DNA of 63,275 bases, counting the filler, from Octopus bimaculoides (Eukaryota): the NCBI RefSeq assembly GCF_001194135.2. It is 6 parts of 5 records of this genome, joined end to end, with 100 filler letters (N's around TTAATTAATTAA, not from the genome) between each part and the next. Parts side by side here need not be neighbours in the genome. Positions count along the whole stretch, not along the records: positions 1 to 30,890 come from NC_068992.1; 5 more parts are not named here. One strand, 5' to 3'. A program made the translations under genes and the position numbers. Each line of letters opens with the position of its first letter. Within the stretch, counting starts at the first letter, position 1. Below, one piece after another: positions 1 through 14,186 of this stretch. Under the pieces are notes generated by a model. The model did not search any database, was not told where the DNA came from, and saw nothing but the letters and a program-made list of their open reading frames with translations.

Positions 1-33
<33 letters not shown>

Positions 34-504
34 TTCTATATATATAAGTATCTGTATGTAAGCATTTATGAATATAGATATATTTATATGCGTATGTATG
101 TCGGTATATATGTGAGTGTGTATCTGTATGTTTTCCTTATCTCTGCGCGTGTGCGTGTGTGTGTATATATAAATATGCAGAGCGGAACATATTATGCAAT
201 GTTTGCTCTGTGCTGGGTGAATGCCTGCGTGTGTCTTACAAGTTTTGGGAGATTGTATATTTTCTGGCTTTACAAATTAATATACTCTGCAGTTGCAACT
301 ACAACTGAGAAACAGCTTCATATAGAAGACGAGTGTCTGGAAGATATTTACAACTGAAGTAATATTATAGATCCTTCTTTATTGACAAAGAAAGCAATTG
401 GACACAAAGTAATAAATAAACTATACAAAACGTGTGTATTACACGCACATACGCAAACACATATACATGTATGTATATACATGCATACGTTCACATATAT
501 ACAT

Positions 505-538
<34 letters not shown>

Positions 539-1209
539 GTATATATATATGTATATATATATATATNNNNNNNNNNNNNNNNNNNNNNNNNNNNNNNNNN
601 NNNNNNNNNNNNNNNNNNNNNNNNNNNNNNNNNNNNNNNNNNNNNNNNNNNNNNNNNNNNNNNNNNNNNNNNNNNNNNNNNNNNNNNNNNNNNNNNNNNN
701 NNNNNNNNNNNNNNNNNNNNNNNNNNNNNNNNNNNNNNNNNNNNNNNNNNNNNNNNNNNNNNNNNNNNNNNNNNNNNNNNNNNNNNNNNNNNNNNNNNNN
801 NNNNNNNNNNNNNNNNNNNNNNNNNTATATATATGTGTATGTATATATATAAAGAGAGAGAGAGAGAGACATAGATAGATATAGATTGATAGATATGTAG
901 AAAAGAGGCGGAGAGTGAAATATACGTATACATCTTTACATACATATATATATATGTGTGTGTGTGTATGTATGTGTGTGTGTGCGTGCGTGTGCGTGCA
1001 TGCGTGCATGTGTGTATGTGTATACGAGAGTGGAGCGAAATGTCCATAGGTTGATTGTAAAGAACGATGCTAGAACTTTGAAATTATGAATGCATAAATT
1101 TCAATTCCTCGTATTAATATCTGATTTTTTTTTTCTTTACGCGTAAACTGACATTTGATTATTCCAAATGTAGGCACTGAATTTTGGAGGGGAATGCAGA
1201 TTCTTGAAT

Positions 1210-1945
1210 TAACATTGATCGTGCTCGTCATATAGTGATCGATGAAAGGCGATTGATAGCAAATGAAGTTGCCAATGATATTAGCATATCCAAGGAGAGA
1301 ATTAAGAATACTCTGGTAAATGAGCTTAGCATGATGACGGTTTGTGCTCAGTGAGTGCCACGTCTACTGACAACTGATCAAAGAAAATACAATCCATACA
1401 GTGGACACACCACTCCTCATCTGCTCTAAAAAAAGCTAAGGTGGTTTCATGTGTAGGGAAAGTGATGGCCTAAGTTTGTGTTTATTGTGTTTATCTTCAA
1501 AACGCCGACGCCGTCAATGGGGAGTATTACGCTAACATGCTGAGGCAGATATGTATATCGGTCCGGCCACCCACTCAGGAAAACTAACGAAATCTGTCAT
1601 GTTTCATCAGGGCAGTACTCAAGCAGAGTTTCCTAGGTTTCGACGGCTCTAGTGCCTGTCTATGTCCTTGCCCTCTTTTATCACACTACTATTCTCCTGA
1701 TTTGCTCAAATCTCACTATCATTTATTCCCCAACAAGAAAAAACAAAGACACCAAAGAACACTTGGCTGGGAAGCAGTGTTGTTGCTATGAGGATAGGGT
1801 GTCTGATGTTGATGAGATTTTTTTTGACCCACAGGATGAAAGAATCTTCACCAACGGGAAATGAGTAGAAAAATAAACCATATTGGTATATATTCCTTGA
1901 AAGCATTATGAGCCTTCTTGACCTTTTTAGCCGAACTGAAATATA
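1210..1945 (+). mobile_element. Decayed mariner (DD34D-type) transposase remnant with internal deletions
   Basis: Hand translation across frameshifts gives ...ISKERIKNTL.NELSM..VCAQ*VPRLLTTDQ (WVPxxL motif), QWTHHSSSALKKAKVVSCVGKVMA, NGEYYANMLRQ, GKLTKSVMFHQ, YSPDLLKSHYHLFPN (YSPDL motif) and KEHLAGKQ...DVDEIFFDPQDERIFTNG. Confidence 0.9.
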
Positions 1946-3309
1946 AATATATGGGAATGTGTATGCGTGTGTGTGTGCGAGTGCAAGTCTTTGTATGCGT
2001 GTTTGTACGCGTGTGGGTACATGTGTGTACGTGTGTGCATGTGTGTGTGTGCGTGCGTGTGTGCGTACCTATATATATAAATATAAAGAAGGGACTATCA
2101 CAGAGAGAGAGAGACGTAGTAAATGTCGCACACGTTATTTACATATCTTGAGATTCTTTCATTTTCAGCATTATTAATTTCTATGACTATAAGTGTTCTC
2201 AATCCATGGCGCTCTTTAGTCTGACTTGGCGTAATTTTCTGTAACAAATATTGTTTCTTTAACATATCAGTATCTCCTATATCAGTATTAATATATACGA
2301 AATTAAGTATGATTTTCATGAATACATCACCATCAGCTTCCTATATATTATTGGAAATATTCCTTCAGAAAAACTGTTAGAAATATTGCTGTGACATTCA
2401 TCATGGGTCAAATAATAGACTCGTGTTGAAGCAATACAGTGCATCAATTTATTGTTGAACTATTGGCCTTCAGTTAATATAGCCGTATTTTCTCTTTGCA
2501 ATTCCATTCGAAAGATCCCTGTACTGCTGCTTCTTTCCACTGACCTAGTCATTGTTCGAATTAGTATATGAAGTTGCTATGTTTCCTACAGTATAATAGG
2601 GCATGACTGCATTTAATTACTTTGAAATGACTATTTCATTTGAGACACACGGTGTAGTTTAAGATGTATAATATCAATCTTGGTATTCGTGTGTCTAACA
2701 GCGAAGACTATATCGACGTATATATATTTATCCCTGTTTTTATTCCTGTTTATACACACAAATATTAACACACGTACACACGCATGCACATGAACGCACA
2801 CACACACATACACACACACATACACACACACATACACACACACACACACATACACACACATACACACATATATATACGTCTGTGTGCATGTCTGTATTTA
2901 TTATATTTACATTATACACATATACATGTATGTATATATATATANNNNNNNNNNNNNNNNNNNNNNNNNNNNNNNNNNNNNNNNNNNNNNNNNNNNNNNN
3001 NNNNNNNNNNNNNNNNNNNNNNNNNNNNNNNNNNNNNNNNNNNNNNNNNNNNNNNNNNNNNNNNNNNNNNNNNNNNNNNNNNNNNNNNNNNNNNNNNNNN
3101 NNNNNNNNNNNNNNNNNNNNNNNNNNNNNNNNNNNNNNNNNNNNNNNNNNNNNNNNNNNNNNNNNNNNNNNNNNNNNNNNNNNNNNNNNNNNNNNNNNNN
3201 NNNNNNNNNNNNNNNNNNNNNNNNNNNNNNNNNNNNNNNNNNNNNNNNNNNNNNNNNNNNNNNNNNNNNNNNNNNNNNNNNNNNNNNNNNNNNNNNNNNN
3301 NNNNNNNNN

Positions 3310-4045
3310 CGGATTCTCCTACAACTCTTCTGGACGGCCTCCTTGTTCAAGTAAGTGAATGCTGCTATAATCCTTGCGTTCAGATCATCGTTCTTACAAT
3401 GAGGTTTGCTAGATTCTCGCTCAAATGGTCCCCTCACATAATAATCAAAGGTGTTGCAGGCTGGGGATTTAGGTGGTCTGATTTAACGCATGATGTGGTC
3501 GCTGAACTTTTCACTGAGTCCTTCTGCATGTGTGGCATGGTACTGTATGTGACATGGTACTGCATGTGGCATGGTACTGCATGTGGCATGGTACTGTATG
3601 TGACATGGTACTGCATGTGACATGGTACTGTATCCTGTTTCCAGGTATAGGTCCTTCCAGCTGCCACCCTTTTAACACAGGACAGAACTACCTTCTCCAG
3701 GCACTAGATGTAGATCTCCGTGTTTAATGTGAGACTGTGTTGGAAGATGAATGGAAGCATAATCTCGCCATCACTAAGGATCACTCCAAACAAGTTGATG
3801 TTGACTGGATGTTTGATTTATATCAAGGTCTGTACATGTTTCGGGGACGCGACGAGCCAACGGTTGTACTGTGTTTTCGCCATCTCTGCGTATTGGAGTT
3901 TCCTGCGCGAAGGCTAAGTAGTACAGCATAGCGATTCCAAATTTCTGGTAGAGTGAATTTAATGGAGGTGCTGTTTTTCTCACGGACGGGACCCAACTGA
4001 CTCTAGTATACTTTGGCGTCAACAAGCAATGCGCTTACATGAAAT
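3310..4045 (-). mobile_element. Tc1/mariner DD37D (maT)-type transposase pseudogene, copy 1, internally deleted
   Basis: Minus strand reads QYNRWLVASPKHVQTLI*IKHPVNINLFGVILSDGEIMLPFIFQHSLTLNTEIYI*CLEKVVLSCVKRVAAGRTYTWKQDTVPCH ... RPPKSPACNTFDYYVRGPFERESSKPHCKNDDLNARIIAAFTYLNKEAVQKSCRR. The WxQD..PCH and PP.SP..N..DYY motifs fit this family; the DD37D spacing cannot be counted here because of the repeat insertion. Confidence 0.88.
3536..3633. repeat. 17-bp minisatellite CATGGTACTG(C/T)ATGTG(G/A), 5 full copies plus a 13-bp partial copy
   Basis: Units start at 3536, 3553, 3570, 3587, 3604 and 3621. Confidence 0.97.
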
Positions 4046-4287
4046 NNNNNNNNNNNNNNNNNNNNNNNNNNNNNNNNNNNNNNNNNNNNNNNNNNNNNNN
4101 NNNNNNNNNNNNNNNNNNNNNNNNNNNNNNNNNNNNNNNNNNNNNNNNNNNNNNNNNNNNNNNNNNNNNNNNNNNNNNNNNNNNNNNNNNNNNNNNNNNN
4201 NNNNNNNNNNNNNNNNNNNNNNNNNNNNNNNNNNNNNNNNNNNNNNNNNNNNNNNNNNNNNNNNNNNNNNNNNNNNNNNNNNNNNNN

Positions 4288-4322
<35 letters not shown>

Positions 4323-5918
4323 AATTTATTTATATATATATGTTCATACATTTACATATAATAATATATCTTAATAGATATACATATATGTGTGTCTGTG
4401 TGTGTTTGTCTTTGTGTGTATGTGCGGTATATGATGTTTATATACTCATGTGCCTGTTGACATATTTATGTTTGTGTGTGCGTATGTGTGTGTCTGTGCT
4501 GAAGTGCAATCGCGTGGGGATTTTTTTGCGTGTGCGTATGTTTGCGTGAATGAATATTTCTGTTTTCTCAGCTGATCTGGTAGCTCCCAGCAGAAGTATA
4601 TCAATCTCTGTTCTCTTAATATTGTCTTCATCCAGGCGAGACATCTGTAGCCATGTCTCTTATTCTTGCCACTTACTCGAACTTAGCAACATATTACAAA
4701 TCATCGCATTTTATGTCTGTTTTCTTATTCCGTTAATATGAAGCTCGTTTATTTCATTTCAATCTCAAATGCCTGTAGATCAATCTGTCTTTCTAATGTT
4801 AGGATTTCACCATCTATCAAACCAATTCTGTAGTCGCTGTTTACACCTATTTCAATGATATCTAATAGAGATCACTTCAAACATACTTCTCATTGTAGAA
4901 ATTACATGCAATTTACTAATATGAAATGCTAGTCTTTTGTAGATTATTTTCCTTCGATTCCTGCTGCAATATTTTCACCACAATCTCGTTTACTTGTCAC
5001 AACAGCAATAAATATATTCCGATTTGTTATTTCTACCGCATTCAATCAACCTCTCTCTTTCTTTCTTAGTGTCTTTTTATCACAGATATATGTGCGTGCG
5101 TGTATGCATGCGTGTGTGCATGCGTGTGAGTGTGAGTGTGTTTATACATGTATTCACATACATATATATACGTACATGTATATATACGTGTGTGTATATG
5201 TATATCATATATTTATTTCTATTGATGCATATACATAGATATACATATATGTATGTATATATATATATATATATATATATNNNNNNNNNNNNNNNNNNNN
5301 NNNNNNNNNNNNNNNNNNNNNNNNNNNNNNNNNNNNNNNNNNNNNNNNNNNNNNNNNNNNNNNNNNNNNNNNNNNNNNNNNNNNNNNNNNNNNNNNNNNN
5401 NNNNNNNNNNNNNNNNNNNNNNNNNNNNNNNNNNNNNNNNNNNNNNNNNNNNNNNNNNNNNNNNNNNNNNNNNNNNNNNNNNNNNNNNNNNNNNNNNNNN
5501 NNNNNNNNNNNNNNNNNNNNNNNNNNNNNNNNNNNNNNNNNNNNNNNNNNNNNNNNNNNNNNNNNNNNNNNNNNNNNNNNNNNNNNNNNNNNNNNNNNNN
5601 NNNNNNNNNNNNNNNNNNNNNNNNNNNNNNNNNNNNNNNNNNNNNNNNNNNNNNNNNNNNNNNNNNNNNNNNNNNNNNNNNNNNNNNNNNNNNNNNNNNN
5701 NNNNNNNNNNNNNNNNNNNNNNNNNNNNNNNNNNNNNNNNNNNNNNNNNNNNNNNNNNNNNNNNNNNNNNNNNNNNNNNNNNNNNNNNNNNNNNNNNNNN
5801 NNNNNNNNNNNNNNNNNNNNNNNNNNNNNNNNNNNNNNNNNNNNNNNNNNNNNNNNNNNNNNNNNNNNNNNNNNNNNNNNNNNNNNNNNNNNNNNNNNNN
5901 NNNNNNNNNNNNNNNNNN

Positions 5919-5975
<57 letters not shown>

Positions 5976-8414
5976 TACAGATATGTATATAGACACGCAC
6001 AGATTCGGATAGTTAGAGAACTTTAATATATTGATATATAGATAATTGGTTCTGTTTCTGCTATTTCATTATTACTTATCAAGTAGTCAAGGATTCTTAT
6101 CAATAAATTAATTGTTAATTTGAGTAAATATAGTGGCAGACAATGATTCATCTTAATTCCTCAAAGTCTTTTGCTATCCTTCCGCAAACTTTTCAATTGT
6201 TTTCATTTCCTACAGAAGGCCTGTCTATCTCTTAGCTTACATATTCTATATTTATAAGGCTTTGAAAGAGAATATCTAGGACATTCTGTGCATGTTTGTG
6301 CAGCTGTTTGTCATGACATAGAATCTGCCAGAGAGAACACGTGTGTGAGCATGTCCGTGTGTGCACCCGTGCACGTATACGCTGCTAACATATCTATTTA
6401 ATTTTGGGTTTTGTTCTAGTCATTTTTAGTGTTTATCTTTGTGAATGGTCTGCACAGTTTTGCGTCTATGCATGTGAATCCGTACGTGGATATTGAAGCC
6501 CTATCTATACAACATAACGAGATACCTCCCTACAAATGAACAATGAGACAACATATCAGTGCAAACTTTATTGCAAGAGCAGGTCTTTCTCCACCGTACC
6601 AACCGTTATATCTAGAATGTCCAGCTCGAGGTATTCAATTTCTATAGTGCGTTTGTGTCTCACTGTGAGAAAATAAATGCATGGAATGTGTCATTTAGTA
6701 AGTATACCAGTTTCTGCAACAATTGAACAGCTCACCAGCACAATAAATTTGACCATACAAAAGAATTGAAACAAATGGCATCCGACAGAGTAACAATATC
6801 CCTTGATCTTTGTTGTTTTATTGTTGTTTTCAGATACTTTCTTTTCATTCTTCAACATATATTTGATTCGTGCTTACATTTATGTGACATGAGTAAGGAA
6901 TTACATTCCAATACTCATTTTGAATAATATTTCTCGCACTGATTGTGGAAGTTAGCTTGAAGCCACTCTTGGGCTTGTGTTATTATATTCCAGTATATTA
7001 AATCTCCTATAGCGAATTTTTTCACATTTTCAGAATAAACTGCATATTACATTCTTCAGTTTACCTATATATTACCTTGATGTGATTATAATAGTCTTTT
7101 ATTTCATCAATCTCCTTACATATTTTCATATCGTCGATGTACAAAATGAAATGTATGCAAAACTGAGAAGATATCAAGTCGAGGTACCAACACCGCTAAT
7201 GGATTCGGGAGACTTTCCTTAGTCATTTCAAGAACTGGAAGTAACACAGTGGTCTGCCACAGTTTAACTTCTGTCACTTGCAAAGTAAGAATTATTATGG
7301 CGCATCTTTACTGCATATCGCAATATATTACACTTTGATCAAGTTTGTCAAAAAACCAAATAAATTCGAGATTTACGAAACTACCTTTGATGGTCAAAAA
7401 AACTGCTTCGATGTTGAGATGTTGGAATTTATGTAAAGAAGTTTTTTGGTTCACCTAGAAGTATATTGAGTGCTTGAAATCATTGAATTGAACCCTAGAA
7501 ACCCGATTACTTTATTCCTTCCTATTTTTACATATTTCTGTTTTTATTTGTTGACATGTGTTGTCAGAAATATTCCTGTAGCCTTTAACAACTGCTTTAA
7601 ATATTCACTTCCTAAATGATATAATGTGATATCTTCCATAATCAAATTCTGAAGATCGCTATGAATTTGCATTGAGTTCCAATGGTTTTTCCTCAATTTT
7701 TACCATTCGATCTTGGCTTAACAGGATATTTACTTCGTATCTTAAAGAACTTTTTGATAATCGTAATGACCCATTGTTGCACATTTTCCATTAACAAAAA
7801 CTAACGTCCACCCGGAATATCATTGGTAAAATATTTCCTCATATGGCATAAATATAAACGAAGACAAAACTTGTATTGTTTGCATATTATCTGTATAATT
7901 ACTTGGATCAGTTTTGTTGAAAGAACCAGGAGTGAACTGAGCAATGGCAAATAAATAATCTATATTTATGATATGCAAAGCCGTGTATTTCTAAACCGAG
8001 TAATAAATGGACCAAATGAATTATGAAATAAAACAGGTGGATCATTATATAGAACGTAAATAATTTAATTTTGTTCAGGTAAGAGAGAATGAGTTCGAAA
8101 GTGTCTTCTTAATTCATAAAAGCAATCTGTTTCTTATAGGATTTTTAGCACTTCTGCATATTTTCCTATGATAATGAAATTATAACAGACAAAAATTACA
8201 ATCTGGAAACATATTAATGAAATAGTTTCTGATGTTAAGGTAAAGGTTTGTCCACAATATATTAATATTGTACGATCGGAAAGGATGGAGAATACATGTA
8301 TAAAAATGTGAAAAAAAAAAATATTAATTACACATCTAAGAATTATGTCTAAATAAAATGAAAAATTCAAGACGTACATGAAAGGAAATTAGTGTTTATA
8401 AATTGTAGAATTTC

Positions 8415-8470
<56 letters not shown>

Positions 8471-9679
8471 NNNNNNNNNNNNNNNNNNNNNNNNNNNNNN
8501 NNNNNNNNNNNNNNNNNNNNNNNNNNNNNNNNNNNNNNNNNNNNNNNNNNNNNNNNNNNNNNNNNNNNNNNNNNNNNNNNNNNNNNNNNNNNNNNNNNNN
8601 NNNNNNNNNNNNNNNNNNNNNNNNNNNNNNNNNNNNNNNNNNNNNNNNNNNNNNNNNNNNNNNNNNNNNNNNNNNNNNNNNNNNNNNNNNNNNNNNNNNN
8701 NNNNNNNNNNNNNNNNNNNNNNNNNNNNNNNNNNNNNNNNNNNNNNNNNNNNNNNNTATATATATATATAGCTTATATACACTTACAAACATATATACAA
8801 ACATGCATACATACATGCATACATACACACATACATACATACATACATACATACATACATACATACACAGACACACACACTCACACGTAAACCCATGTAT
8901 GTTCATGTGCGTGTGTGTATGTATAAAGATATATGAACTTTATCAAATTAGCGCTTGCATTGGAGATTTATAGCAGACATATAGTTGATGAGAATCATCG
9001 CATTCATCGCATATTGAATTTGAAAAAACAAGTAATATGTAAAAAAATATTCTATTCATATCATAGGTATTGAGCTTCATATTCTTCCTTTTTTTCTTTT
9101 CCGAAATCCTACTTGAGATACTCGGTGTTTTTGAACTTACTTTTTTTGTTAATATATATATATATATCAGTGTCTTGCTGTATGTGTGTAAGTATTGTTT
9201 ATAAGTGAATTTCATGTTTTTTGATCTAGCTGTCATATGTAGTTTTTATGTAGGCTCCGAAATGTTATTCACCTAACATATGTAGTGCTTCATTGCCAAA
9301 CGACATCACGCAAAAGGGAAATCTATCGAACAGTATAGCTTCTGCTTAATAAAGTGGAGTGGTTTCAAAGATCCACAATATCCAATATGTTAATGGGTTC
9401 CATTGCTACTGAAAGTTATTCCACAAGTTCTAGAGTTACAATTGGCTATTCTCTAAAGTAATATGCTTTCAGGGTATGCAATATTCGTATGAATATGCCG
9501 CTCTTATGCTCTATGTTATTAATTTCAGTTAGCTCTATCTTCGAACTTCCTAACTATGTGTACATTTGAATAAATATGAAGCCTTAACCCATACCTCGGT
9601 ATGTTAGTGTATCATAAGGGTAGGTGAAGAAATCGTTATGGTTCATTGATATAGAGGTGTATATATGTATGTATGTATT

Positions 9680-9746
<67 letters not shown>

Positions 9747-10402
9747 NNNNNNNNNNNNNNNNNNNNNNNNNNNNNNNNNNNNNNNNNNNNNNNNNNNNNN
9801 NNNNNNNNNNNNNNNNNNNNNNNNNNNNNNNNNNNNNNNNNNNNNNNNNNNNNNNNNNNNNNNNNNNNNNNNNNNNNNNNNNNNNNNNNNNNNNNNNNNN
9901 NNNNNNNNNNNNNNNNNNNNNNNNNNNNNNNNNNNNNNNNNNNNNNNNNNNNNNNNNNNNNNNNNNNNNNNNNNNNNNNNNNNNNNNNNNNNNNNNNNNN
10001 NNNNNNNNNNNNNNNNNNNNNNNNNNNNNNNNNNNNNNNNNNNNNNNNNNNNNNNNNNNNNNNNNNNNNNNNNNNNNNNNNNNNNNNNNNNNNNNNNNNN
10101 NNNNNNNNNNNNNNNNNNNNNNNNNNNNNNNNNNNNNNNNNNNNNNNNNNNNNNNNNNNNNNNNNNNNNNNNNNNNNNNNNNNNNNNNNNNNNNNNNNNN
10201 NNNNNNNNNNNNNNNNNNNNNNNNNNNNNNNNNNNNNNNNNNNNNNNNNNNNNNNNNNNNNNNNNNNNNNNNNNNNNNNNNNNNNNNNNNNNNNNNNNNN
10301 NNNNNNNNNNNNNNNNNNNNNNNNNNNNNNNNNNNNNNNNNNNNNNNNNNNNNNNNNNNNNNNNNNNNNNNNNNNNNNNNNNNNNNNNNNNNNNNNNNNN
10401 NN

Positions 10403-10434
<32 letters not shown>

Positions 10435-12075
10435 TATATGAATATATACGTATATCTCAATATATACATATAGGTACATGTTCGTGTGTGTGAGTGTGCG
10501 TGTGTATTATTTTAACTTTGTTGTTGTTTGACCCGAAATCGACGTGAGGCAGCGAAGGTTTTCATCCTTACTTGTCAATCATTGAAAGCTCCTTACGCTT
10601 TACGGCAAAAATGTTTAACATGAAATCTACAATTGTAGTAGATAGCGTCTATTTCTGAAAAAATACAAGGTGCTGTATTATTTTCCGCTCATACATATCC
10701 GAATATTTTCGAGAACGTCAACTTTACTGCTTAAAATACTGAGGCCTTATTTAAACTCTACTTTATTCCGTGTCTCTTAGATTTTTTATAACTATAAACC
10801 TTACATTGTAAATATTTCCATTCTCAGCCCCACCACCACCACCAAAAAAAAAATATAGTAGTTTCACTGATATCTTATGGTAATTTCTTTTTTTGGGCCA
10901 TCAGTTTTCATTTATTAGTCTCATGCAAACACTGGCACAAAATATTCACAGTAGAACTTCATCACATTTTCTATAGATGTGCGGTGTGCCTCAAACTATA
11001 TTTTCTAGTGTTCTCCTTCATATCAATATTTGCTGTGTTTCTTACATGATAGTATGGCTAAATTGAGATTTTCTCAGCACCCAAATTCTCATTACTGCGA
11101 TATATGTTTTTTACGTAGAAATAGTTTTCTGCAGTTGTATTTTAACATCCACAGTTATGATAATCACACAAAATATATTTAAAATGCAATACTAAAATTT
11201 ATCCTTCCCGGAGTCTCAGAATATCTTATGTTCGAAAGAGTGTAGGAAACATCCAAAGAGAACATATTAAACATTGTGTTCAAGTGAGAGCCACGTATTT
11301 AACAATACGTCAGTTTTGATTGAAGTTAGGTTGACAAAGGTTAACAAACCTAGGAAACCTTAAGAAAGCTATATTTGAATGTGAGTTAACCTATGACATT
11401 TCTTAATGCTCTGCCAGACCAAAGTAATAGACTATTGAAAAAGTAGCATATTTTTACATAACTTCTTATTGAACTGTGCAAATTACCAGTAGTGAAAGCA
11501 AAAACGCTATGCGAACAGAAAAACGAAAGCAAATAAGTAGAGGTTAAGAACAAAAAGTATGAGCTAAGAAGAAAGATGTAGAGAGAGATAGAGAGAAAGA
11601 AAAGGAATTTCATAAATATGAAATACAAGAGAAAATAGAGTAAGAAATAAAGATGTATATAATTAGCAAATTTTTAGAAATAGAAAGAGAAATCGTAAAA
11701 GAGACCAACTGGCTTAAATGTTGTGGAGTTTGAGAAGCTTCTGGCCTCAAAAGATTTTTATGTGCATTTATTTACTTCTAGACTTGATGATTTGATGATA
11801 ATAAAGGAGAGGGAATACCTAAGCAAGAAAATACAAAAAGAGAACAAACTATTTATCATTAGCATTATATGGAAACTCGTTTAAATAGTATCAGCAGGAG
11901 TTTAGGTATTTAGGCTATAGAGACAATTTGTAAACTTACGTTAAATATACTGGGATCTTTCACGATGTAAATCCGAATAAACATGCATTTTCAGGGATAC
12001 AAAAGGCCTGACTGATTCTGAGCCTGGAAACATAAAGGAAATATTTTTACAATACACTGCAGATANNNNNNNNNN

Positions 12076-12109
<34 letters not shown>

Positions 12110-12487
12110 CAAGAATTTTATGAATATTAATGAAAGTGACTTTGAAGTTTCGACTATTTAAATTATGGTCGGACTGAGATTCTTGGAGATTAATCTTCGC
12201 GTGAAATAGTCCATGCAGCTTGTTTGTGATTGTGTGTGTGTGTGCCGGTATCAATCGTTCTTTCCTTATTCATCTGTTGAGACGGAGAAAAGCACTAGTT
12301 TATTATTATAGTTAGAAGATTATCTTTTTCGCATCGTCTTCTTCTCCGTGTGTGCATGCGTAGCATCTCTGTTTACTATGGAAACAGAGGTTTTCGACAC
12401 GGTGGTGTGTAAAATACTCGCTTCTGATTGATTAAAGTACCCAAATTCTAAAAAGATTAAAACCCTCATAACTTTTCAATTATAGAA

Positions 12488-12565
12488 CTTAGTGCATGTT
12501 CCAGAGGACTTGGTGCATGTTCCAGAGGACTTGGTGCATGTTACAACATGAGGCCTTGGTGCATG
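12488..12565. repeat. 21-bp tandem repeat CTTGGTGCATGTTCCAGAGGA (2 near-identical units, one 25-bp variant, one partial)
   Basis: Units start at 12488, 12509, 12530 and 12555. Confidence 0.9.
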
Positions 12566-12767
12566 CAAATACTAGAAAACGCTCAGTGAAGGAAGAAAAG
12601 GTTGTTTTACGTTTCGAGCAAAGCACTTTGTCAGAAACAGGAGACAATAAAAAAGAATGACGGAAGAATAGCCCAAGTGAAAAGAAAGACAGAGGGAAAA
12701 AATATCGCCAACGATCCACATCTCGTTACATGTATATTTATACATAAAGATATATATTTATACATAA

Positions 12768-12810
<43 letters not shown>

Positions 12811-14078
12811 CACTTTCACACCCACATATTGAAGTAAATGTTGACTTGCAATCGTATGTAAATGTGTTGTTTGTTAATACTGTTATAGCTGCTATATGGA
12901 GCTACTTAACTTTATCTATGCAAATCTTCCAGTTCGCTGGTAGATGTATAATGGACACACAGGAGTTGCAAAGAGGATTATCTCTCAGTAATTGCCAATT
13001 AAACTTGTGGTCATGATTTAAATCAGTAATCAATTATCCTGTCCAGCATTACATTTTCGAAGAATTACTCTGAGAAGATGTCTTTAGGATAATTGAATGC
13101 AGGCGGCATATTTGAAACCCAAGTGTTCTTTATTCTACTATTAGACAAAAGATGGAGAGAAGAAAGGAATGAAGGAATTAATAACTCTTACAATGACATG
13201 TCTTCTATAATGGTGGTTGCAACTCCATATAACAAACCAAACTCTGTTAAATTATAAAATGATATAGGCGCATTACAGCGGTCAGAGAATGCAGCATAAT
13301 ATTAAGGATTCATTGTGTGTGTGTGTATGTGTGTATATACATATCTATATGTATGTGTGTGTGCGTGTATGCATATGTGTATGCATATATATATGAATAT
13401 ATATGTATATATAAATGTATATATATATATATGTATATATATATATANNNNNNNNNNNNNNNNNNNNNNNNNNNNNNNNNNNNNNNNNNNNNNNNNNNNN
13501 NNNNNNNNNNNNNNNNNNNNNNNNNNNNNNNNNNNNNNNNNNNNNNNNNNNNNNNNNNNNNNNNNNNNNNNNNNNNNNNNNNNNNNNNNNNNNNNNNNNN
13601 NNNNNNNNNNNNNNNNNNNNNNNNNNNNNNNNNNNNNNNNNNNNNNNNNNNNNNNNNNNNNNNNNNNNNNNNNNNNNNNNNNNNNNNNNNNNNNNNNNNN
13701 NNNNNNNNNNNNNNNNNNNNNNNNNNNNNNNNNNNNNNNNNNNNNNNNNNNNNNNNNNNNNNNNNNNNNNNNNNNNNNNNNNNNNNNNNNNNNNNNNNNN
13801 NNNNNNNNNNNNNNNNNNNNNNNNNNNNNNNNNNNNNNNNNNNNNNNNNNNNNNNNNNNNNNNNNNNNNNNNNNNNNNNNNNNNNNNNNNNNNNNNNNNN
13901 NNNNNNNNNNNNNNNNNNNNNNNNNNNNNNNNNNNNNNNNNNNNNNNNNNNNNNNNNNNNNNNNNNNNNNNNNNNNNNNNNNNNNNNNNNNNNNNNNNNN
14001 NNNNNNNNNNNNNNNNNNNNNNNNNNNNNCACACACACACACATACACACACACACACACACACATACACACACACGT

Positions 14079-14186
<108 letters not shown>

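Noticed and set aside
3536-3633. CRISPR-like reading of the 17-bp and 21-bp (12488) arrays
   Set aside because: The units are directly adjacent with no unique spacers, the context is eukaryotic and there are no cas genes.
4438-4900. Minus-strand peptides MSRLDEDNIKRTEIDILLLGATRS and DIIEIGVNSDYRIGLIDGEILTLERQ
   Set aside because: They show only a faint resemblance to a LINE endonuclease start (IDILGLSETR); too short and unsupported to call.
8063-8084. Possible recursive splice sites (TTGTTCAG|GTAAGA at 8078/8079 on +; CCAG|GTAAGC at 48461/48460 on -)
   Set aside because: A rough composition estimate gives about one CAGGTAAG by chance in this much sequence, and no host intron is established.
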